In this document: in pieces, positions 26,758 through 37,678 of the stretch
How positions within the stretch are numbered: position 1 is the stretch's first letter
Layout: each line of letters begins with the position of its first letter
Virus record (IMG/VR): IMGVR_UViG_3300045988_081724
Strand: one strand, 5' to 3'
Source: a virus
Length of the DNA: 61,211 nucleotides
Program-made: the position numbers and the translations under genes
The notes under the pieces: model-generated
What the model was told of the DNA's origin: nothing
The model's input: only the letters and a program-made list of their open reading frames with translations
Database searches by the model: none

Positions 26758-27419
26758 GACAAGAGCCCTCCTAGAATTTCTTTACCAGCATCTAAACCTG
26801 TCTTCGCCATGCTTCGGTTATCCTCTTCAGCAGCTGTTCCTTCATCACCCGTCGGAGTCGAAGGAGAAACTTGCCCGCCATCTTCAACCGATGAATCACT
26901 AGCATCGGAGCAATCATCACTTGATATGCTTTCGCTCTCCGTCGCTCTGTTTTCATCTTGATTTTGCTGAATCGTACTTGCATCCACCTGGCTATAGGCG
27001 GGCTTAACTTCGCGAATTTCCTTAAATGTACAGTTGGCAATCAACGCCCCAAGCCCGTTTTCCGTTTTCATTTCGTAGTCGTAATTTTCAAGCGTCATAT
27101 TCTCGTACTCATGGTATGGAGTAGTGATCGAAAAAGTGGCTACGCTGTCTTTGAGTTCAGAAAGAGAAGTTAAGGCATGGTTCAACTCCCAATCCTCACC
27201 TTCAAACCCAATTTCCATATTGATTTCAAGAGGTTCCGTTGTTTTGTTGTACGAAGTAAAACTTCCTTTTTCGATAGCATCTGCCACAACAGAACCACCC
27301 GACGTAACCGCAAAAGAAAGTATGGATTTAATCGGAAGAATGGAGTTCCCTTTTTCGTCTGTAATCATCCATTGTTGCACCCGGTATTCGGGGCTAATAA
27401 TGCTACTAATTAAGGACAT
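26754..27419 (-). CDS. Hypothetical tail protein with acidic C-terminus
   Basis: ORF downstream of the tape measure. Confidence 0.4.
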   Translation of the reverse strand: MSLISSIISPEYRVQQWMITDEKGNSILPIKSILSFAVTSGGSVVADAIEKGSFTSYNKTTEPLEINMEIGFEGEDWELNHALTSLSELKDSVATFSITTPYHEYENMTLENYDYEMKTENGLGALIANCTFKEIREVKPAYSQVDASTIQQNQDENRATESESISSDDCSDASDSSVEDGGQVSPSTPTGDEGTAAEEDNRSMAKTGLDAGKEILGGLLS

Positions 27420-27430
27420 CCAAATCCCTC

Positions 27431-29131
27431 CTATCCAAAATTCTGACTATCTGTGTTTATTTGCGCGCTGATCGAGTCTGCGGTATCTCTATCCATGTTG
27501 CCTTGTACATAAAAATTATTTGTCTGCGAGCTTTCACTTGTGGAGTTGTACGAATTGCCACTTGTGCTGTTCAGCATTTGAATCCCAGATGACAATGACG
27601 GCAATAATCCTTTGAGCTTTCCGAGCCCGTTAGTCAGCCATGCAAATTTCGAAGAAATCCATGAGAAAGCAGTTTCAAGCGTGCTTACGAATCCATCCCA
27701 TGCGCTTGTGAGAGCGGATATAATAGAGTTCCAAATAGATGTAATCGAGCTTGTCGCACTGTCCCATGCGCCAGTGATTGAATCACATGTAGAGTTCCAC
27801 CAGTCAGTCACGCCTTGGCATACGGAGTTCCACCATGCAGAAATGGCAGTGCATAGCGTTTCCCATGCGCTTTGCATAAAAGCGGATAATTCATCCCAAT
27901 ACGCATACAGGACAGCACAGACAGCGACAACTGCCATAATAGCCCAGCCAATCGGACCTATTGCGATTAGTGCAGAAGCGCCGAGCTGAATCACTCGAGC
28001 AATGAGCTTTCCAAAAGCACTGTTCAAAATCCATGCGCCCATTTTGTAAAGTTTGAATGAGGCGTAAAGCATTGTTGCCGCGACTAAAGCAACTTTCCCA
28101 AACTTGACATATTCCTCTTTTAAAACGGCTATGCCGTCTTTAACTTCTGTAACTGATTTCCACAAGCCGGGGAACGCTGAATTTTCTGCCCCTTTTTGAA
28201 ATGCTTTGTAGTCATCATACAAAAGTCCAATCAAGAGAGCCAAAGCGAGGAGTGCAGCCATGACAGGGTTCGTTTTCACCATCGCTGCAAATGAGACAGC
28301 CGCGGCTTTTGCAACGTTTCGCAAAGAAATAATAGCAGCAATAGCCAATGCGGAAAGCAATGGATAAAATGCCCGTATATGCTTTGACAAGAACGCAAAT
28401 CCTTTCGCCGCATTGGACATAAGAGGAAGGATCAGCCGAAAAACAGGTAGAAGCAGGTTTCGGATAGCTCTTGATACAGCCATCAAGGATTTTGAAAATT
28501 CTTTAGACTTCTTAGCATCCTCATCAGTGTAAGCGCCTTGCTTTTTCATAGACGCTACAGTCCGTTCAAGTTCCGTCCTCCCCCTGCGAAGCATGGCTAT
28601 TTGACCGACGTTTCGAATACCTACCGATCTTGCAAGAGCAGTAGCTTCACCGGGGTTCATGTTTTTCAAAACATCGGACAATTCGAGGACAAGTTCTTCC
28701 GTACTTTTGAGCTTTCCGTCGGCATCAGTCAAACTGTCGATTACACCATTCTGCACAAGCTCGGCAAATGAGCCAGTTCCAGTCTTGAGGGAGTTTGAAG
28801 CACTTGCACCAACCTTTGAAAATGCATTAACTAAATCCTCTAACTGGATCCCCATGGATTGTGCGGTATCAGCCCATGCGCTCATTTCTTCTGTACTCAT
28901 GCCGAGGAATGAACCGAATTTTGCTGCTTGCTTTGCACCAGCAATCATATCCGAAACAAACTGCCCGGACATAACGCCAGCGAAGGCGGTCATAGCAGGA
29001 GCAGCAACGCTCTTGATAATCTTTTTAAGACCGCCGTCAAGTTTAGAACTTAACTGTGTAAGTCCTTTGTCTACGGCTTTTGTATTCAACCCAACATAAA
29101 TAAAAAGCCTTTCCACTATGCTATCTGCCAT
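27431..29131 (-). CDS. Tail tape measure protein
   Basis: 566 aa; central TM segments; Trp repeats AWWNS..DWWNS..AWDS..IWNS. Confidence 0.8.
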   Translation of the reverse strand: MADSIVERLFIYVGLNTKAVDKGLTQLSSKLDGGLKKIIKSVAAPAMTAFAGVMSGQFVSDMIAGAKQAAKFGSFLGMSTEEMSAWADTAQSMGIQLEDLVNAFSKVGASASNSLKTGTGSFAELVQNGVIDSLTDADGKLKSTEELVLELSDVLKNMNPGEATALARSVGIRNVGQIAMLRRGRTELERTVASMKKQGAYTDEDAKKSKEFSKSLMAVSRAIRNLLLPVFRLILPLMSNAAKGFAFLSKHIRAFYPLLSALAIAAIISLRNVAKAAAVSFAAMVKTNPVMAALLALALLIGLLYDDYKAFQKGAENSAFPGLWKSVTEVKDGIAVLKEEYVKFGKVALVAATMLYASFKLYKMGAWILNSAFGKLIARVIQLGASALIAIGPIGWAIMAVVAVCAVLYAYWDELSAFMQSAWETLCTAISAWWNSVCQGVTDWWNSTCDSITGAWDSATSSITSIWNSIISALTSAWDGFVSTLETAFSWISSKFAWLTNGLGKLKGLLPSLSSGIQMLNSTSGNSYNSTSESSQTNNFYVQGNMDRDTADSISAQINTDSQNFG

Positions 29132-29269
29132 TTTTCACCGCCTTGTATGCTCGCTCTTCGTTAATACTGTTAATGTAAGCTATCTCATATAAATCCAAAA
29201 GGTCGCTGTAGCTGTAGACTGTCTCCAGTTCATGCAGCGTGGCGAACTTCTGACTGACGACAACGCCTG

Positions 29270-29791
29270 TTAGCGTTGAGACGTTTTTGTAACCTTCTTG
29301 AACGTAACCGCTTTCGCTGCTGGTTCGCGGGAGTTCATGACGTTCTGAAAAAAACCGAAATTGACCTTTGCGGCTTCAATTCGAAGTCTATAAAGTGTCA
29401 TTGGGTTCTCGATGTTCGCATCAATAACCGTTGGAGACAGCTCCATAGTCATAAGCTGATTGGATTGATCCGGAATGAGCTTGCAGCACGAAAGCAATTC
29501 GTTGTAAAGCGGCTCTACTGCGTCATAATCGAGTTGACCTATAAGTTGTACTATCTTGGCGTGGAAATCGCTGCCTGACGCCAAATTTTCAATCTGTGGC
29601 GATTTTAGAAGTGACTGTAGATTGGAAATTGCATTGGCAGACACATTAGTGAGCTTTGCTCCGTATGAACGAGCTAAAAGAATAACAGCCCGATTGATAA
29701 ATCGTTCCAGTTGCAGTGCAGGCATCTGTTTAATAACAAACAGAAGGTCACGCTCTTCGTCTTGAATGTGTATTTTTACTTCTTTTCTCAT
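29270..29791 (-). CDS. Tail assembly chaperone (start MRKEVKI at 29791, 1 nt after the tube-gene stop)
   Basis: Position between the tube and tape-measure genes. Confidence 0.5.
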   Translation of the reverse strand: MRKEVKIHIQDEERDLLFVIKQMPALQLERFINRAVILLARSYGAKLTNVSANAISNLQSLLKSPQIENLASGSDFHAKIVQLIGQLDYDAVEPLYNELLSCCKLIPDQSNQLMTMELSPTVIDANIENPMTLYRLRIEAAKVNFGFFQNVMNSREPAAKAVTFKKVTKTSQR

Positions 29792-29792
29792 G

Positions 29793-30218
29793 TTATTCCA
29801 CGCTTTCAAAATCAATAACGGCATTGATTGGGTCAAGTACCTGCTTGTGATCCGGCATGAGCTTCCAATTTTTCAGTACGCCATTCTTGTAAACAATCAC
29901 TTTCCCGAGGGACGGTACAGTCACGATAAGGTTAAGCCAGTAAACTTTGTGAGCTGATTTTGAGTGTTTGTAGATCGTATCAAAAACAGAAGCAGACGGA
30001 GAAGATGCCTCGAGAGCGATAGTTACGCTCTTAATCGTTGGCACCCAGCCAGCTACCATCTTTCCGTCTACACCGATGCGATCACTTGCCATTTCCTCGT
30101 CTCCCTGTGTGATGGATTGGTCGGTCGAAAACTGTTGCAGCTCTACGCCGATTGGATACAGTTCTGGGCAAGTTAAGATAATTTTACTGTTTGCACTTGT
30201 AATGTCTCTATTAGCCAT
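29793..30218 (-). CDS. Tail tube protein (XkdM-like)
   Basis: 141 aa directly downstream of the sheath. Confidence 0.6.
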   Translation of the reverse strand: MANRDITSANSKIILTCPELYPIGVELQQFSTDQSITQGDEEMASDRIGVDGKMVAGWVPTIKSVTIALEASSPSASVFDTIYKHSKSAHKVYWLNLIVTVPSLGKVIVYKNGVLKNWKLMPDHKQVLDPINAVIDFESVE

Positions 30219-30231
30219 TGTAACCTCCTAA

Positions 30232-31704
30232 TTATTTAATCATCGTGACAGGAACGTCGAGCTTGTGAACCGCTCCGCCGTATGTATACCAAAGCCCAAT
30301 AGTCGGGGACTCTCTATTCTGTCTAGCCTGCGCCCCCGGGTCTGTGACAAGCAGATAATATCCGTCTGTGTTGATAGTGTCTGATTTGTCCTCTCCGATT
30401 TCATTCAGAAGTTGAGACTTCTGCAACTCATTCAAAGTGACACCTGCGCGAATGACGCCGTTCAGCTTCGCTTGCTCAATAACATCCGTGAACCATGCTC
30501 GAATCAGTGCATATCCCGATTCAGTGTACGGGACTGCGCTAACGCCAGTGAATCCAGTCATGCAAGCAAGCTGTAAGGAATTTTTAAGCCATACCATACC
30601 AAGGTATGCATCAATGTAATCATAGTTACCGCCAGTCATTGCACCCTCGGCGAAAATGGTAAAATCATCTGCGCGAGTTGCATAGCGTCCATAAAAATTC
30701 ATGTGAAGCTCTTTGAGTCTGTCGGCGGTAGTTTCGTCCATGACGTTGGCAGCGAGTCCGCTTTGGGATTTAAATTTAAAAGTGGGAAGTCCGTTTTCTC
30801 TGTTCCAGTCAATACTTGCGGCAAATGCCATTGGCAGAATTGCGTAGAATGGATCACCATAGGTGAGAGTAACCCCTTCGAGATTGAGCGCACGGAGTTT
30901 ATTTGGAAGGTTAGATTTATTTGTCGGAAGCGTATCAGCTTTGTCATCCGTCCATGGGCAGAAAAGATAATCAACATCCTGTGCATTTGACCACTGCGCC
31001 AATCCGATAATTTCATCGGCGGTAGCTTTGTAAATGGTAGTAAAGGTAGCCCAATTCGTAGTGGAGTTAGTAACGGATTTCATGAGGGCGGATGGATCAA
31101 GGGCATCGCTACCCTCGGAAAGCGTTGCTCCCGCGCTTTCTGTCAGTCCCAGTGCATCTGCATCTGTGCCACTTGCAAAACTAATTTTGCTTTGCTTTCC
31201 TGTAGCCTTAGACGTAACAATAAACGCATTAAGGTTACTGTTAAAAGATACAGACGTCCCAGTCAGCTTTGCTTCAATAGCCTGTGCCATCTCACTTTCG
31301 GTGGATGCAGCAGAAAGGTCTAAATCACTGACGGCTCTTTCTGTTCCGTCAATGCTGATTGTAATACTTCCTTTTGTAATCTTTTTGAGAGTTTCAAGAG
31401 ACTGAATTGAACCCCCAATAAGACATGCGGCAATGGGTTCAGTAACCGCACGCGCAAAGTAAATGGTGGCAGGCTTTTTAAATGAGTTGCTATAGCCGAG
31501 AAAATACTTTGCCGCGACTTTGTACTCATAGCTTTCCATGCCAAAATATCTGCCTACGGCATTTGCACTAGTGAATTTTTGAACGTCCGGGAATGTGCAA
31601 AGTGGGTTCTTTGTGAGAAGCAACCCTGCCATTTCAAGTTCGTTGCCACCTGCGTTAATAACTCGTGACGTAATATTCACAATTTTACTTGCGGGAATTG
31701 ACAT
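30232..31704 (-). CDS. Contractile tail sheath protein (XkdK-like)
   Basis: 490 aa; sheath family architecture; precedes the tube gene. Confidence 0.8.
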   Translation of the reverse strand: MSIPASKIVNITSRVINAGGNELEMAGLLLTKNPLCTFPDVQKFTSANAVGRYFGMESYEYKVAAKYFLGYSNSFKKPATIYFARAVTEPIAACLIGGSIQSLETLKKITKGSITISIDGTERAVSDLDLSAASTESEMAQAIEAKLTGTSVSFNSNLNAFIVTSKATGKQSKISFASGTDADALGLTESAGATLSEGSDALDPSALMKSVTNSTTNWATFTTIYKATADEIIGLAQWSNAQDVDYLFCPWTDDKADTLPTNKSNLPNKLRALNLEGVTLTYGDPFYAILPMAFAASIDWNRENGLPTFKFKSQSGLAANVMDETTADRLKELHMNFYGRYATRADDFTIFAEGAMTGGNYDYIDAYLGMVWLKNSLQLACMTGFTGVSAVPYTESGYALIRAWFTDVIEQAKLNGVIRAGVTLNELQKSQLLNEIGEDKSDTINTDGYYLLVTDPGAQARQNRESPTIGLWYTYGGAVHKLDVPVTMIK

Positions 31705-32284
31705 TATGTACCTCCTTTATTTTGTGGTCAACATCAATATTTTCTATGCCCCTTTTGTAATATGTCTTGTCTACATCGCCTGTGCTGTCAGACTTCTTAC
31801 CATGGATCGAATGGTTAATAACAACTTCTTTGGCGGTTGTCTCATTGACAGATGTTTCTTCCCATGTCGAAACATAAAGCCGAATACGATAGCGATGAAG
31901 GAAATGTTTATCCTCGTCAAGATACGGAACATCTTGAACACCAGCGGAATACGGCATAGATGCATTTCGCTCTTTAAAGAAACCTCCGATATAATCTGAC
32001 CAACACAACCCTTCGACTCGAGAAGCAAGCTCTCTTTGCTTTAAATCATTATCACCGATAAAATCAATATCAATCCCATAACTAATGAGCTTCTTTATGC
32101 TTCTTTCGTTTTCGGAATTGCTCTCAACGTTCGTTCCGTGTCTCTTGATTTCCATAATTGACATGACACAGAACCCCTCATTGTTCGGGGGCATGGCAAT
32201 ACAATTTTGATACCCCTGAAATATAACTTCCTGCTTCAGCTCTGTAAACGTCAAGAGAAAATCGTTAATCAGTTCAAGTATCAA
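31685..32284 (-). CDS. Hypothetical structural protein (199 aa)
   Basis: ORF. Confidence 0.45.
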   Translation of the reverse strand: MILELINDFLLTFTELKQEVIFQGYQNCIAMPPNNEGFCVMSIMEIKRHGTNVESNSENERSIKKLISYGIDIDFIGDNDLKQRELASRVEGLCWSDYIGGFFKERNASMPYSAGVQDVPYLDEDKHFLHRYRIRLYVSTWEETSVNETTAKEVVINHSIHGKKSDSTGDVDKTYYKRGIENIDVDHKIKEVHNVNSRK

Positions 32285-32709
32285 TCAGAATCCCCCCAAT
32301 CGCTATTAGTAAAGTTTGGTGGACTTGTCTGACGTGTGATTGCAACGCACGCCCATCCTTCTTCCGTCCAGTCAGACAATACAGCAGTGACGAGCCAAAA
32401 TGTTCCATCCTTCCTCTTAACAATATCTCCCCCTCGAGTTAGCGGTAAGCGATTGACGCTTGCCACGGGTAAGGTGGGATCTGAATAGAGGAAAGCTTGC
32501 ATGGATTCACCACCGACATTGAACGTTTCCAGCATTTGCAATGTCTCGCTTCCGGCAGGCTGAATTTGTGCAAGTATCTTAAAAGGTTTCTTGTAAACAG
32601 GAGTAACGATGCCCTTAACATTCGATTGACCAATCGCTTGTATCAGGTAGCATGGTTCATCCTTGTGTACGGTCTGTATGATGCCTCTGACAATGTGATG
32701 TAAATTCAT
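32281..32709 (-). CDS. Hypothetical protein (possible tail completion protein)
   Basis: ORF in the head-tail joining region. Confidence 0.4.
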   Translation of the reverse strand: MNLHHIVRGIIQTVHKDEPCYLIQAIGQSNVKGIVTPVYKKPFKILAQIQPAGSETLQMLETFNVGGESMQAFLYSDPTLPVASVNRLPLTRGGDIVKRKDGTFWLVTAVLSDWTEEGWACVAITRQTSPPNFTNSDWGDSD

Positions 32710-33200
32710 TTGACTACCTCATAATCAATAGACTGAATCATCGTCGTTGTATCGATAAGTACCCGGTTAGGGTCTATTCCTGTGGTTCCTTTTCCGCTGC
32801 GTGCCTTACGCGCTTTGGCAGCTATCGTTGCAGGTGCATTAGGGCGTGGATCATCAGGCGACCATTTTTTTATAGTGTTTATCATGTCAGCCTTTGCGAC
32901 TTGTCCGGCAAAATCATACGCTTTAATAACGTTCGCTTCGCTAAAGTTTCCGTTTACTGTATTCTTGATGCCCTTAACCCATTTCTCTCCATTTTGTTCC
33001 ATGGTGCGGTGCATAAACGGTCTTCGCGGGTTACGCATTTCCCCGTTTTCATTGATATATGCAACGGTAGCAACGCTTAACCCATCAGGGTAGGTAGCTC
33101 CATTTAAGATACCAACTTTTGCCCCAGTTTTAATTTGAGCTATTTTCTTGAGATATTTGTCTAGCACCTTACCACGGCGAACGGTTACGACTTGGAGCAA
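32706..33200 (-). CDS. HK97 gp10-like head-tail joining protein (tentative)
   Basis: 164 aa; position. Confidence 0.45.
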   Translation of the reverse strand: MLQVVTVRRGKVLDKYLKKIAQIKTGAKVGILNGATYPDGLSVATVAYINENGEMRNPRRPFMHRTMEQNGEKWVKGIKNTVNGNFSEANVIKAYDFAGQVAKADMINTIKKWSPDDPRPNAPATIAAKARKARSGKGTTGIDPNRVLIDTTTMIQSIDYEVVK

Positions 33201-33561
33201 TATACCTCACTCCTCTCCTATACTTTGCTGTCGCTTGCCAGTACAGCGCGCCCCACTGGGTTTGTTGATACCAGTTCGCATTATTCAGTCCAGCAAATGA
33301 AGCTGATACATTTCCTTCGCTTGCACCTGTCATGAGTCCAACCGCCTGTCCCCCTCTTTCTGAAAGGTAGTAGAGGTGAAGAATAAGCAGGTACAGTAGT
33401 AGCTTTCTTTCGTTCAAATCTTGCACTCTTGAATTTTCTGTATTGTCTAGTAGCAGACAGGCGTTTCCAAACAAGGACGCAAGAATATCATCATCCACAT
33501 TATTCATTTCGGGATGAGTTTTCTTAAAGTCCTCTACATCAAATTCAACAACGCCGTTCAT
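33169..33561 (-). CDS. Head-tail adaptor-like protein (tentative)
   Basis: ORF. Confidence 0.4.
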   Translation of the reverse strand: MNGVVEFDVEDFKKTHPEMNNVDDDILASLFGNACLLLDNTENSRVQDLNERKLLLYLLILHLYYLSERGGQAVGLMTGASEGNVSASFAGLNNANWYQQTQWGALYWQATAKYRRGVRYIAPSRNRSPW

Positions 33562-33562
33562 T

Positions 33563-34051
33563 TTAGGTAGTTCCTTTTTCTTCTACACCACGAATGCATT
33601 GACGGTCAAGTGGTTCATAGCCATTCCGAAGGTCTGCTCTTTCTTGTGCAGCATCTGCCACTTTTGCCGAGGTAGAAGCGAACATGAGTCCGTTTTTAAT
33701 CGGAGGCCAGTTTTTATAGGTTTTGGAAATCCAGTCCCAAGCCTCTTTATCCACCTGTGTAAGCCCATAGCCTCCTGCATAGAGTTCACCTTTCGGTTTG
33801 CCAATCAGATCGGCATTATTCCCTTTGATGACCACTCTCTTAATCTGACCCTTGCACGGAACATCAAACACTTGAGAATGAACACCGTTGTATGCAACAA
33901 TAACCGTTTCTCCGGCTACATTCTCTTTGATAACCTTTTTTGCTTTTTCGTTCGTGTTAATAACTTGAGTTTCGACTTCTTCGCCAGAAACAACGTCGGG
34001 TGTAACCACGGTTTCTTCTTTTACTTCCTGTGTCTTTTTTCTGTATGCCAT
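33563..34051 (-). CDS. Hypothetical protein (162 aa)
   Basis: ORF. Confidence 0.4.
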   Translation of the reverse strand: MAYRKKTQEVKEETVVTPDVVSGEEVETQVINTNEKAKKVIKENVAGETVIVAYNGVHSQVFDVPCKGQIKRVVIKGNNADLIGKPKGELYAGGYGLTQVDKEAWDWISKTYKNWPPIKNGLMFASTSAKVADAAQERADLRNGYEPLDRQCIRGVEEKGTT

Positions 34052-34069
34052 TTTCTCCTCCGAGTGCTA

Positions 34070-34105
34070 TATGCAGAAAAATAAGGGACTACCTGTGTAG
34101 TCCCT
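34070..34105. terminator. Rho-independent terminator immediately downstream of the major capsid gene
   Basis: Hairpin AGGGACTACCTGTGTAGTCCCT with T-run on the minus strand. Confidence 0.6.
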
Positions 34106-34138
34106 TGCTTCTACATTTGTGAAAACATTAAATAAAAA

Positions 34139-35152
34139 TCAAGTTGAGCTAACGCCAGTCATCTTAGCAATAGCGAACGGTCTATAAAGAATTGCGCCGT
34201 ATGAACCGAAAGCAAATTTCTGTTCATAGTAAGAAGAATGCGGAATCAGCCGCATTGCACGCATCTTTTCGGAATAACCGAGTTCAGCGGTAGGAAGTCC
34301 CTGAACCTGTTTTGCAATAAGCATGACTGCATCCCCGGAAGTTGCTGATGCAAGTTCCGGCAGGGTTACGATGTCTACATTCGGGGCATACTTCTTCACC
34401 ATGTCCCATACGGAAACATTGTAGTCAGTTGCTTTACCGAGTTCAACGGCAGTACCAGGAGCAACTGCAAGGACGAATGCATCGGTCTGATTGATAAGAC
34501 CCTTGGATGCGGTGATGATCTGTTTAAAGAGTTTCAGAATATCGTTATAGATGTCTTTAGTAGACTTGTCGCTCCATGCGGTCTTGCCACCTACAGACTC
34601 CGGGGTAAGTGCTGCCGGAATGTTCGGCTCGTTAATCAGTCCATAGATAGACATGCCCTCAATACCGAGAAGGTCGATCTTATTAGCCGCAATGTCAATG
34701 ACGGTAGCAGCTGCGGTCTGCTTTTGAGACACAAGGTCAATCATGGCGCGTGCAGAGCGTTCCTGCTCGAGATCGCCGTACTTAATAGTGGTTTGTCCTA
34801 CATACTGCTGACGGGTCGGGTAAGCGACGTTGGTATCAGCAGAAGCGCCATTGCCGTAGTCGGTGTATGGAGTTACGCTTCCGACAGGTTCAACGGTACG
34901 GAATACCGCATAATCAGTAGTCCAATCACCTTTTTTAGTTTCCGGGAAAATCTGTCTTGCATTGCGCGGAGCAAGAAGAATATCAATAATTTTTGAATCG
35001 AGATAGTTTGTGAAGATCCCCGGAATACCGCTATTAGCAGGAGTGATGGTTGCTGCATCCTGCGCGAGTTGGGCGCGGTTTTTTTCAGTGATAAAATGTT
35101 TTGCTGAATCAAAGATGATGCCTTTATTTTTCAGCTTTTGAAAATCATTCAT
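34139..35152 (-). CDS. Major capsid protein
   Basis: 337 aa; follows the scaffold and decoration genes; a terminator follows it. Confidence 0.7.
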   Translation of the reverse strand: MNDFQKLKNKGIIFDSAKHFITEKNRAQLAQDAATITPANSGIPGIFTNYLDSKIIDILLAPRNARQIFPETKKGDWTTDYAVFRTVEPVGSVTPYTDYGNGASADTNVAYPTRQQYVGQTTIKYGDLEQERSARAMIDLVSQKQTAAATVIDIAANKIDLLGIEGMSIYGLINEPNIPAALTPESVGGKTAWSDKSTKDIYNDILKLFKQIITASKGLINQTDAFVLAVAPGTAVELGKATDYNVSVWDMVKKYAPNVDIVTLPELASATSGDAVMLIAKQVQGLPTAELGYSEKMRAMRLIPHSSYYEQKFAFGSYGAILYRPFAIAKMTGVSST

Positions 35153-35170
35153 ATGGCTTTAACCTCCTGA

Positions 35171-35647
35171 TTAAATAGCTACGCTAGTGATAATACCGAC
35201 TTCGCCAGCCTTAACATTTTCGGCAAAGTAGAAATTCGTTTCGACTGCGCCTTCTACAGTTGCGCCCTTATTGCCCGGTACAATCGTGCCGTCGGTGGTC
35301 TTAGCGAATACCTTTTGACCTCTAGTAGCTTGTGCTGCAGTGAGAGCGAAGAAATCACCTGCGACAAGAACGTCTACTGCTTGACCTTCCGGGACTTTAT
35401 CGGATGCCCCTTGAGTGATGTTTTGGAAGGTATAGGCATTGACACGGTGAACGAATCCGAGCGGAGTACCAGTGCCAGTGTTCTCTACCGTAAAATCATC
35501 GGTAGTCCATACGAATGTACCGATACCGACGTCTTTACCTGCGATATATCCCTTCGGAGTGGATACATGCGGATTGATGCTTGCAAAAGCACCAGGAATA
35601 CCACGCGCAATATCTGCGTTGATAGTTTTCTGAAATTCGACTGCCAT
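35171..35647 (-). CDS. Head decoration/structural protein (tentative)
   Basis: 158 aa, Gly/Thr-rich, between the scaffold and capsid genes. Confidence 0.45.
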   Translation of the reverse strand: MAVEFQKTINADIARGIPGAFASINPHVSTPKGYIAGKDVGIGTFVWTTDDFTVENTGTGTPLGFVHRVNAYTFQNITQGASDKVPEGQAVDVLVAGDFFALTAAQATRGQKVFAKTTDGTIVPGNKGATVEGAVETNFYFAENVKAGEVGIITSVAI

Positions 35648-35666
35648 AAATTAACCTCCTGTAATG

Positions 35667-36848
35667 TTAATCGAGATAGCCCTTGAGCGTATCCGGAAGC
35701 TCTTCATCAACTGCCGGAATATTGCTATCGTTTGCAATACCTTTATTTTCCTGCTTGCCGAGAACTGCCACCATAGATGCATAAGCAGCCTTGGGATATT
35801 TTGAGGTATCAAATCCCTTTTGTTTAAGTGCAAGTTCATAAATGTCGGTAGCGCTGTCAAAAGCGAGAGCGTCTTGGCGACCGATAGCAAATTCACATTC
35901 TTTTGCTGCCTTGCTAAGTTTGCGAACGTGTTCAATCGCTTCCATCTTTGCTTTCTCTTTAACCTTTTCAAGACTATCACCAGTGATTTTGTCCACCTGC
36001 TTTTCACCACCAGTGTCTTGACTAGCTTTCAGCCCTGCGGCATATCCAGCTTTGTAATCATCGGAGTCAGTGTTAATCTTGACTTCTTCAGCTGAATCTT
36101 CTGTCTTTTGGGGTTCGTCATTGCTCTTTGGAGCTTCCTGTCTTTCTACGCCTTCCGGAATTTCATCTTCTCCCGGGGCAGGAGTAGGAACTTCGTTGGT
36201 TTCCGGGACGGTGTTCTCGTCCATGGCTTTTTGTTGTGACTTCTTCTTTTCTTCTGCTTTCTTTTTTTCCATTTCCAGTTTCTCCTTTACTTTTGAAATA
36301 CTATCAGCAACTTTCACATCATGACCAGCTCTTCCTTCTGCGACAAGTGCCACGTGGTTTCCTCTGATGTTTCTTATAACGAAATCATAAGGAATGCCCT
36401 CAAACTCTCCCGGTGTGAAATCTGCATCATAGGCATATGCACAAGAGATTTCCTTTGCACTTCCATCTTCGATAGCTTTGATAGCTTCTGAATCTGTGAT
36501 TGATAAGCTATTTTTTAAATACTTCCCATCGAATACAGCATCCGTCCCTGTACTTCCCACTTGAAATTGCTTGGCAGGATTATCGGCATTGATTTCGTGG
36601 TGATCCATTAACAGCGGCAAGCCGTTGAATGTGTCTGTTGCCTTTTTAAGTTCATCCGGGTCTCGAAGTGCGTAGTAAATTTCATCGGGCTTACACCCAT
36701 GCGCTTCCCCATCCGGAATTTCTGATCCAAGGTAAGGGTTTACGCAAGCCTTAGAAATAGGAGTGAGCTTAACATGCATATAGCCGTTGCTGTCAATTGT
36801 TCTCATTTTTGGTTCGGCATCAAAAATGATTTTTGCCTTTTCGTTCAT
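35667..36848 (-). CDS. Scaffold / prohead protease-like protein (DUF2213-like) with acidic K/E-rich region; start at the Met preceded by AAAGGGGGTGA
   Basis: The ORF extends to 36869. The RBS favours 36848. Confidence 0.5.
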   Translation of the reverse strand: MNEKAKIIFDAEPKMRTIDSNGYMHVKLTPISKACVNPYLGSEIPDGEAHGCKPDEIYYALRDPDELKKATDTFNGLPLLMDHHEINADNPAKQFQVGSTGTDAVFDGKYLKNSLSITDSEAIKAIEDGSAKEISCAYAYDADFTPGEFEGIPYDFVIRNIRGNHVALVAEGRAGHDVKVADSISKVKEKLEMEKKKAEEKKKSQQKAMDENTVPETNEVPTPAPGEDEIPEGVERQEAPKSNDEPQKTEDSAEEVKINTDSDDYKAGYAAGLKASQDTGGEKQVDKITGDSLEKVKEKAKMEAIEHVRKLSKAAKECEFAIGRQDALAFDSATDIYELALKQKGFDTSKYPKAAYASMVAVLGKQENKGIANDSNIPAVDEELPDTLKGYLD

Positions 36849-36865
36849 TGTTTTCACCCCCTTTC

Positions 36866-37678
36866 TCATTCCTCAAAGCCAGGAATCACCGGAACAAATT
36901 GGCAATTACAATAAATGAGTTCTCCCGGCTTTACATATTCACCTACGTCAGAATCATACAGACCTGTATCAAGATCAAACAATTCGCCGTCAAAATCAAC
37001 ATGCGTGTTCCTGCTTGAGTGTTCTCCTGCGACGTGAATCCATCTACCCTTTTGCAAGCCATATGACTTTGCGTTAGCAATAGCCATGGTTTGGGTGGTC
37101 TTATTCATCTGATCTCTTGCAATGAGTGCCGCCCGTTCTGCGCTAATCTCTGCCATATCAGAAAGCTGCTCCGTAAGGTATCCTATATCTCTACCTTTGG
37201 CGTATGCGTTCATGATGGTCGTTTGAGCTTGTGCGGCAGCATACTGCGGTAACGTGTGCCAAAGGTCTACGCTATCTTTGACTGCTTCCTTTAAGACTGC
37301 TTTTTGATACCCTTCCTCAACATTTCGGTGAACGGTGAATCCGTACTCATCCAGTTTTTGGAGAATAATCTTGTCAGCCCTTCGATACGTCTTTCTTGAC
37401 ATCCATTGGGCAAGCTCTTTCGACAACTCATCAAACTTTGGATACCATTTCATTCTTGACTTTTTCATAAGACGAATGATAAACCGTCTATCAAGTCCGT
37501 CCATAGCCATATGAGGATTTCTGCTATCCATAGCTATACGCTTCTCATATTCAGGCTTGACCTGCTCGATAATGTCCTTATACATTGCTCGAACCAGTGC
37601 TTGCATCTTTCGCCTCATATGAATTTCGGTAGCCAAATCGGGTGCCGTTCGTCCGATGCGCCGTTTATCCCTTTCCAT
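36866..37678 (-). CDS. Minor head protein (phage Mu F-like / SPP1 gp7 family)
   Basis: 270 aa downstream of the portal. Confidence 0.65.
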   Translation of the reverse strand: MERDKRRIGRTAPDLATEIHMRRKMQALVRAMYKDIIEQVKPEYEKRIAMDSRNPHMAMDGLDRRFIIRLMKKSRMKWYPKFDELSKELAQWMSRKTYRRADKIILQKLDEYGFTVHRNVEEGYQKAVLKEAVKDSVDLWHTLPQYAAAQAQTTIMNAYAKGRDIGYLTEQLSDMAEISAERAALIARDQMNKTTQTMAIANAKSYGLQKGRWIHVAGEHSSRNTHVDFDGELFDLDTGLYDSDVGEYVKPGELIYCNCQFVPVIPGFEE